Of a stretch of 45,832 nucleotides of DNA, positions 18,782 to 25,373 are shown piece by piece. Positions within the stretch are counted from its first letter, which is position 1, and each line of letters starts with the position of its first letter. The stretch covers positions 1 through 45,832 of the forward strand of contig JAKSQF010000001.1 in the NCBI GenBank assembly GCA_024404235.1, read 5' to 3'. This DNA comes from Clostridia bacterium. Its GTDB lineage: Bacteria > Bacillota > Clostridia > Oscillospirales > Acutalibacteraceae. Below the pieces are notes generated by a model. That model was not told the DNA's origin, searched no databases, and saw nothing but the letters and a program-made list of their open reading frames with translations. Position numbers and translations under genes: made by a program.

Positions 18782-21393
18782 TGTACTGCACTCCCCCCCG
18801 CTTTTACTCGGTAATATCCGCCTGCGGGAACCGTGATTCCGTCGGCAGTATAATCGGTTGAATTATAGTTTACATAGATAACGTCACCGGTGGAATAAGT
18901 GACGGCGGAAACCCCTTCGGTCAAAACCTTGTAATCGGTCATGGTGGCGCTCTTCAAATCACCGATGGCTTCATCCACCTGCTTGTAAGCCGAAACGATC
19001 GGCTTTTCCCACGTGTTATAATCCACGGAATAATAATCACTGAAAGCCGTGGATTTCAACACCTTGGCATTGCGGTAAGCGATTTCAAAATACAGATCCG
19101 AGCCGGTTTCGATGGCATTCAAAACAGCGTTTTGATAATTGCCCGAAAGGTTGACTGCACCGGCAGAATAATCCACACGGCCGTGCAAGATCATTTGCAG
19201 GAACGGAACCGCATAATCGGCATCCGGATAACCGCTTGCCACCGACGGAACGTCCAGCAGACGGGAAACGTACGGATAGCAATAGGCGTTTGCACCGGCG
19301 ACCATCAGATCATTCTTTTTATCGGCGCGGGAAAGGATCTCGCAAATATAACGTTTGGATTCGCTTCGGTTTAACCCGTTGCTCTTGCTCTTATCGCTGT
19401 TGAGCGAGGTGCCGAAGCTGCCGAGTGACAAACCGTTTGTTTTCAAAGCGGTATATTTCTTTTCAAAACCGCTATACGAGGCGAGCATGACACGCGGATT
19501 GACGGCATACATAAACTTATCCGGATCGGTAAGGCCCGAGCTGAAAAGTGTTTTGGTATATCCGCTGTAAGTCTTATTCAGCATTCGGCAGGTATCTGCC
19601 TTAGCGGAAAAGTTGACTGCACCCTTGGTCGTATCGACGTAGGTCAGTTCGTTTTCAAAGAAGCGCGAATCGCCCTTTGATTTGAGTTGTTCGGTCAGCT
19701 GTGCCGCCCCCGACTTGCCGCCGATTTTACCGCGGACCGACGACGAAGCGTTGGACACGCGGTTTAACCCGTCCGAAGACCAACCGAGGTAGCGAACGTC
19801 CATCGAAGAAACGCCCTGCTTCTGCAATTTACCAACGGCTTCAAGTGCATCGTCAAAGGTCGTCAGTGCGACCTGCTTTTCAACCGGCACAAACAGGAAA
19901 CTGTCGGTGTGCTTGACGCTGCCGAATAATCCTACCGTGAGATTGGTATTCGTTTTATTTAACGGCTTCAGTTGCAGGCGATCACTGTAATACTCCGCCA
20001 TTTTTCCGTAACCGGAATCGGCCTCCAAAGCCTTATAGCAAACGCGGAAATTACCGTCGAATACGTGCTTATCCGCCAACGTCCAAGAATACTGCGTGTT
20101 GGTATCCTTGTATTCAAAGCTGTCATAATCCGTGTAACGGAAGCTGACGCCGGCATGGGCGTATCCGCTGGAAACACCGCCGGTATTAGCCAGAATATCA
20201 GCCACGGCATCTCCCCCGTCGATCACAGCAAAGAGGGTCTTCTTCTCCGCCTTAACACCGAACACCGGAACCGAAGCCGTCATCAGGTTTTCGTAACCGG
20301 CATTAAAGTTCAGCGAACGGTCGTAACCGTAGACAGGTACGGAAAGATCATTGCCCAGCTTACTGCCGGTGCGGTTAAAGCCCAAAACAGCACCGCATCC
20401 GTCGGGATAAAGAATATAGCCGTCTTCCTTACAATCGGCAGCGGCCAGATATTCCAGCGTGCCGATGTTTAACAGTGTAAAATATTTTTCATCGTAATGG
20501 ATCAGCGAGGACGGAACCGTGACGACCAATTCACCGTCAATCAGCTGATAGCAAACCGAAATTTCAAAACGGGGCGAAGCCTTTTCGACCACGCTTGCGC
20601 CGACAGCCTCAAGATCCTTATCCATATCATCGAGCGTGTAGCCGGCATCCTTGAAATAGCCTTCCAACTCGTTCATTTCACGGTCGGTGATCTTTTTCAG
20701 TACGTAAATCGGTTCTTTGTCAACAATCGGGAAACGGTCACGAATCATTTCCAACTGAGATTCCGACGTTTTTTCGGGATCGTACAGCTTATAAAATGCC
20801 TTTAGCCGACGGGGTGCACGGCCGTCCAGTTGCTCGACTAAATCATTGAATCGCTGTTGCGGAAGAGCGCCCGGTAACAGACGGCGTTGTTCGGCACGAC
20901 CGAGTATCATATTGACCTGAACACCGTTTTTCAACGGCTCGGCAGTATATTGACCCTTAATGACACACTCGTCAAAGCTGTAGATGTGATTGACCTTTTG
21001 TGCGCTGTCTAAGTAGGTCAAATGCAGTTGCGAAGCGATGCGCTGCTTTTGGGTTTGCACGGAACGGTTATCCTCCGCCAAATTCCACGGTGTTGAAAAC
21101 CAAGTACCGTTTTTGGTGACCAGCGCGATATCCGCCGTACTGCTGTCAAACCACAGCTCATTCCCCTGCTCAGTAGCGATCAGTTCCATGGCCGCCAAGC
21201 GTTCCGACTCACTGCCGAAAGAAGGGATTTGTTTCACCGGCGTTTTTAACTTCAACGGTTTGCCGGTTACGGCCGGTGCTTCTTCCTTTTGCCAAGTCAA
21301 AGCTTCCGCATGCGGTTTACGACCGATCAGAAATACGGATGCAACGATGGCAACAACTAAAAGAACAACAATTATTGATCGTAATCTTTTCAT
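18778..21393 (-). CDS. N-terminally membrane-anchored extracytoplasmic protein of unknown function (DUF5696-like by recollection)
   Basis: 871 aa with a single N-terminal TM helix (RSIIVVLLVVAIVASVFLIG) and a large ectodomain. I recognised no catalytic family. The conserved-looking segments VRYLGWSSDGLN, LSLGSFGTSLNSD and VPFLQMILHGRVDYS hint at a TIM-barrel-like fold. Confidence 0.85.
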   Translation of the reverse strand: MKRLRSIIVVLLVVAIVASVFLIGRKPHAEALTWQKEEAPAVTGKPLKLKTPVKQIPSFGSESERLAAMELIATEQGNELWFDSSTADIALVTKNGTWFSTPWNLAEDNRSVQTQKQRIASQLHLTYLDSAQKVNHIYSFDECVIKGQYTAEPLKNGVQVNMILGRAEQRRLLPGALPQQRFNDLVEQLDGRAPRRLKAFYKLYDPEKTSESQLEMIRDRFPIVDKEPIYVLKKITDREMNELEGYFKDAGYTLDDMDKDLEAVGASVVEKASPRFEISVCYQLIDGELVVTVPSSLIHYDEKYFTLLNIGTLEYLAAADCKEDGYILYPDGCGAVLGFNRTGSKLGNDLSVPVYGYDRSLNFNAGYENLMTASVPVFGVKAEKKTLFAVIDGGDAVADILANTGGVSSGYAHAGVSFRYTDYDSFEYKDTNTQYSWTLADKHVFDGNFRVCYKALEADSGYGKMAEYYSDRLQLKPLNKTNTNLTVGLFGSVKHTDSFLFVPVEKQVALTTFDDALEAVGKLQKQGVSSMDVRYLGWSSDGLNRVSNASSSVRGKIGGKSGAAQLTEQLKSKGDSRFFENELTYVDTTKGAVNFSAKADTCRMLNKTYSGYTKTLFSSGLTDPDKFMYAVNPRVMLASYSGFEKKYTALKTNGLSLGSFGTSLNSDKSKSNGLNRSESKRYICEILSRADKKNDLMVAGANAYCYPYVSRLLDVPSVASGYPDADYAVPFLQMILHGRVDYSAGAVNLSGNYQNAVLNAIETGSDLYFEIAYRNAKVLKSTAFSDYYSVDYNTWEKPIVSAYKQVDEAIGDLKSATMTDYKVLTEGVSAVTYSTGDVIYVNYNSTDYTADGITVPAGGYYRVKAGGSAVQ

Positions 21394-21403
21394 ATTGCAC
21401 CCG

Positions 21404-23569
21404 CTACATTCTGAACGTGATTTCGTTATAGATATTCTTGAGCATTGAACCCATCTGACCGATCAGGTTGACGAACAGCAGTCCCAAGAAGACGATGATC
21501 AGCATACCGACAACGGTGAGTATCACGGCAATTACATTCTTGCCTAACTGGTAATCGTGCGTGGAAAGAACAGAGCAGAACAGCAGGAAGCCTGTCCACA
21601 GATAACCGACGGTAAAGAAGAAGTTGACGAACATCAACTCGTTTGCCGTAACGAAATTACTGAGGATGGTTGCCGGAACAGTGAAGAACACCAGCGGCAC
21701 TAAAGCATAGCAGGTAGCTACGTAAATATCCTTCAAGCCGCCTTCGCCGTACATCAAACTGGTCAAGCACCAGTTGGCGATGCACCAAACCGCCACCACA
21801 CCGATGATAACCATCAGGTTGGCAAAAATATTGGTGTCAACATTTTGGCGGCCGGTATAGATATAACCCATTCCGACGGTACGGAACAGCAGCGAAACTG
21901 CCGCAAGTGCCAAAATGACGGTTGCCCCGCGTACGCCACCGCGTTTTGAACGTTTCAGTTCCCAATAGCCGTCAAACGGGTGGAAAATAACGTAGAAGGC
22001 AAACATAATTTCCTGACGGAGCGGGCGTTTACCCGTTACCGTAGAAGGAACGGCGCTGTTGAACTTTTTGGCGAATTTAAAGAATCTTGAAATTAAATAG
22101 CAAAGGAGAACTGCCAACACAGGCACCAGCAAAATATAATTGCCGAGCTTTTCACGGCGGTATTCGGAATAGGCCTCCGAATAATCCTCGACGTCGTTGG
22201 CAAGCTCGAAATAACCCATCGCTTCCTTATATTTGCCCTGCCGACGAAGTGCCGTGCCGATTCCGATATTGGCTAAATCGAAATTGGCGTTTTCAAGCAA
22301 AATCTTCTTATAAACGCCCACGAGCTGTTCGTACTCACGGTCGGCCGATAACTGAATGGCATTCAACACCAGAGCACCGTAGTTGGTCTTTTCAAAAACT
22401 GTAATACTGCCGGCCGCGGCATCCAATGCGTACATATTCATATCGGTATCGTATTCGATGGCGCTGAGCTGACGGAAAAGACCGAACTGATAACCCGTAC
22501 CGCCGTAGGCATACAGCAGGTTACCGTTTTCATCATAGGTAAAGATCTTACCGCGCTTTTGGTCGGCCAATGAATAAACACCGTTATACCCGACCGCCGC
22601 ATCCATAATACTGGAAGGGCCGTAGAAAATATCGGTATTCGTGGCGTTGCCGCCGGTAGCCATGGAGATTTCAACGTCACCGGCCGGCGGGAATGCACCG
22701 TTACGGATCAGCACGTCTTCTCCGGCGGAATTCAGCTTTTTGATCATTGCAAAGCGGTTTTCCGTGCTGCGGCTTTGAATGGTTTGAATAACGGCATTGA
22801 CGTCGGAGTAGGTCGAAGTAACGTACAAAAATCCTTTTTCGTCAATGGCGATATTGTTGTAGTTGGTAGGAACATAGCTTAACGTACGTTTTTTCTGTTC
22901 CTCGGTCATAAAGCGACGCCAGATGCGGTCTGCGACCGAAACGGTAACCTTTTGCGCACCGATGAAGGTGGAAAATTCGCCGTCCGGATTCAGTGCAACA
23001 ACACCGTAGGTATTACCGACCGAAACAATATAAATACGGCCCGCTTTATCAACCGAAAGCTTTGTCGGAATGTAGGAAAAATCGTGCGGCAGCAAACCGG
23101 ACACCGGTCGCTCGACTACCTGCACGCAGGTCAAATCCCGATCAAAAACGTAAATCTTCAAGCCGGTGGAGTCCGCCACGTACAGCTTGCCGTCTTCAGT
23201 GACAAAAACACCCGTCGGCTTCGTTAAGGCGTATTCTTTTCCTTCAAATTGAAATGAAGAAATGGCCTGTGCAGAGGAACGGTCCGCAGAAGTGACCACC
23301 ACTCGAGCGTTATCCGTATCGGCAATATAGATCCTGCCGTCCTTGTCCACACACAGATCCTGCGGATTTGCAAGCTTGCCGATGCCGAGGTTAGCTCCGT
23401 CAATTCGTTTTTCCGGAACGTAGGCATGCGGCGATTCAACCGACTCACCCTCATAATTATAAGAATAGGTCGAATAAGGGACATTATTATCCGCTGACAC
23501 GGAAAGCGATGCTGAAAATACCGTCAGCAAAGCCAGTACGAACATTAAAATCCGCTTAGCGTATTTCAC
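21404..23569 (-). CDS. Fusion protein: secreted 6-bladed NHL-repeat beta-propeller plus TPR-like segment plus C-terminal Yip1-type polytopic membrane domain
   Basis: 721 aa with a GTG start and AGGAAGGGA 5 nt upstream, and a signal peptide. NHL-like blades include PQDLCVDKDGRIYIADTDNARVVV, PTGVFVTEDGKLYVADSTGLKIYVFD, PTKLSVDKAGRIYIVS and three more. The TPR-like segment is ..GTALRRQGKYKEAMGYFELA... About 6 TM helices follow, with a Yip1-like entry motif (FYVIFHPFDGYWELKRS). The stop is TAG. Confidence 0.88.
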   Translation of the reverse strand: MKYAKRILMFVLALLTVFSASLSVSADNNVPYSTYSYNYEGESVESPHAYVPEKRIDGANLGIGKLANPQDLCVDKDGRIYIADTDNARVVVTSADRSSAQAISSFQFEGKEYALTKPTGVFVTEDGKLYVADSTGLKIYVFDRDLTCVQVVERPVSGLLPHDFSYIPTKLSVDKAGRIYIVSVGNTYGVVALNPDGEFSTFIGAQKVTVSVADRIWRRFMTEEQKKRTLSYVPTNYNNIAIDEKGFLYVTSTYSDVNAVIQTIQSRSTENRFAMIKKLNSAGEDVLIRNGAFPPAGDVEISMATGGNATNTDIFYGPSSIMDAAVGYNGVYSLADQKRGKIFTYDENGNLLYAYGGTGYQFGLFRQLSAIEYDTDMNMYALDAAAGSITVFEKTNYGALVLNAIQLSADREYEQLVGVYKKILLENANFDLANIGIGTALRRQGKYKEAMGYFELANDVEDYSEAYSEYRREKLGNYILLVPVLAVLLCYLISRFFKFAKKFNSAVPSTVTGKRPLRQEIMFAFYVIFHPFDGYWELKRSKRGGVRGATVILALAAVSLLFRTVGMGYIYTGRQNVDTNIFANLMVIIGVVAVWCIANWCLTSLMYGEGGLKDIYVATCYALVPLVFFTVPATILSNFVTANELMFVNFFFTVGYLWTGFLLFCSVLSTHDYQLGKNVIAVILTVVGMLIIVFLGLLFVNLIGQMGSMLKNIYNEITFRM

Positions 23570-23596
23570 GTTATTCCCTTCCTTCTGTTTATAAAA

Positions 23597-24463
23597 TCAA
23601 TCTTTCATACCCGAGGTTGCAAGTGTTTCAACAACCTGCGACTGAGTCAGTACAAAAATCAAAATCGGAACGATCATCATCAGTACCGTAGCCGCCGCCG
23701 AAGCGCCGACGCGGGTAACGCCGCCCGAAAGAATTTGATGCAATGCATAGTTCAGCGGTTTTAAATCTTCACGGTAAATGTAGTTTGTATCTGCCAAGTT
23801 CCACAGTCCTTGGAACGAGAAGATGACCAACGTAAGCCATGCAGGCTTGACCATCGGCATTACGATGCGGAAGAATATCAAAAATTCGCCGGCACCGTCA
23901 ATTCGTGCCGCTTCCAGAATACCGTCGGGTATCATCTGCTCAATAAACTGCTTCATTAGGTACAGTCCCAAGGATGACCCGAACGCGGGAACGACCAATG
24001 CCGCCAGCGTATCGACCCAGTGCAACCGTGCCATAATGATAAAGTTCGGAATGGCAGTAACGGTGGCATTGAACATCAACGACAAAACAACAATATTAAA
24101 CAGGAAATTCTTTCCGCGGAAATCGAATTTACAAAGAGCGTATGCACACATCGAGGCCAGCACAACGTGTCCGCCGGTGCCCACGATGGTGACAAACAGC
24201 GTATTGAAAATGTAACGCGAGAACGGAACGGTCGAATCGTCCAAAATGCGGAACAGCTCTTTGAAGTTTTTGAACGTAGGATTATGAACGAAGAAGCGCG
24301 GCGGATAAACCCATAATTCATCGGCCGGTTTCAGCGAGGTGCAGATGGCGTAAATCATCGGCAAAGCCATAAACAAGCCTACCGTAAACAGGAAAACGCC
24401 GATGCAGATATCCCCGCCCAAAGAACGGTTCAAACGGTGTGTGTGTAATTTGATTTTAGCCAT
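23597..24463 (-). CDS. Carbohydrate ABC transporter permease (MalG/LplC-like)
   Basis: 288 aa with 6 TM segments and an EAA loop (..ILEAARIDGAGEFLIFFRIVMPMV..). Its ATG directly abuts the TAA of the upstream gene (24461-24466). Confidence 0.92.
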   Translation of the reverse strand: MAKIKLHTHRLNRSLGGDICIGVFLFTVGLFMALPMIYAICTSLKPADELWVYPPRFFVHNPTFKNFKELFRILDDSTVPFSRYIFNTLFVTIVGTGGHVVLASMCAYALCKFDFRGKNFLFNIVVLSLMFNATVTAIPNFIIMARLHWVDTLAALVVPAFGSSLGLYLMKQFIEQMIPDGILEAARIDGAGEFLIFFRIVMPMVKPAWLTLVIFSFQGLWNLADTNYIYREDLKPLNYALHQILSGGVTRVGASAAATVLMMIVPILIFVLTQSQVVETLATSGMKD

Positions 24464-25360
24464 TTACTCACCCACCTTCGAAATAATTCTGCGAATAACA
24501 AAGTTACTGATAACCATAATGATAAACAGCACCGTGGCGATTGCAGAAGCATAACCCAATTCGTAACGGGCAGTACCGTAATCCTGCAGGTGGTTTACCA
24601 TGGTATGCGCGGCATAGTTGGTGGACGGGTTACCGGCCAACTGCGTAACAATGGCACCCACGCCGAAGGAGGCGGTAATGCTTAATACCGCACTTAACAG
24701 CATTTGCGGCCGCATCAGCGGTAAGGTAACGTACCAAAGCTCCTGCCAGCGGTTGGTGATGCCGTCGATCGAGGCGGCTTCATAATAAGTTTTATCCACA
24801 CCCTGAAAACCTGCAATAAAGGTCAAGAAGCTGGTACCAAGGCTGCTCCACAAAGCAACGACGGCAATGATCGGCAGAATGTAATCTTCGTTTCTCAGCC
24901 AAATGATCGGTGCGGAAATTAAGCCGCTGCGCATCAAGAAGCCGTTTAAGTAACCGTAAGCGTCACCGCTGAAAACAGCCTGCCAAACGAGGTACATATT
25001 GCCCGAAATGGACGGAGCATAGAAAATAAGGGTTACGATCGCGCGGGCCGTCGGCCGAAGCTCGTTGATAAACCATGCAAACAGCAGGCAGAGAATATAA
25101 CCGAGCGGGCCGGTGATCAAGGCCAGAATAAAGGTGTTCCCGATAGACTTGATGAAGATTTCATCCTGCAGAAACAGGCGTATATAGTTCTGCATTCCGA
25201 TGAATTTCGGAATTTGGAACATATTGAAATCGGTGAAGCTGAGGAAAATAGACATCAGAACCGGGAGAACCGTAAACGTGAAGAAAATGCAAAAGTACGG
25301 CAGTATAAAGAACCACACAACGCCCTTTGACTGGCGCTTGTATGCTTTTCCCAATTTCAT
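24464..25360 (-). CDS. Carbohydrate ABC transporter permease (MalF/LplB-like)
   Basis: 298 aa with 6 TM segments and an EAA loop (..YYEAASIDGITNRWQELWYVTLPLM..). AGGAGGGG RBS lies upstream. Confidence 0.92.
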   Translation of the reverse strand: MKLGKAYKRQSKGVVWFFILPYFCIFFTFTVLPVLMSIFLSFTDFNMFQIPKFIGMQNYIRLFLQDEIFIKSIGNTFILALITGPLGYILCLLFAWFINELRPTARAIVTLIFYAPSISGNMYLVWQAVFSGDAYGYLNGFLMRSGLISAPIIWLRNEDYILPIIAVVALWSSLGTSFLTFIAGFQGVDKTYYEAASIDGITNRWQELWYVTLPLMRPQMLLSAVLSITASFGVGAIVTQLAGNPSTNYAAHTMVNHLQDYGTARYELGYASAIATVLFIIMVISNFVIRRIISKVGE

Positions 25361-25373
25361 TCTATCCCCTCCT

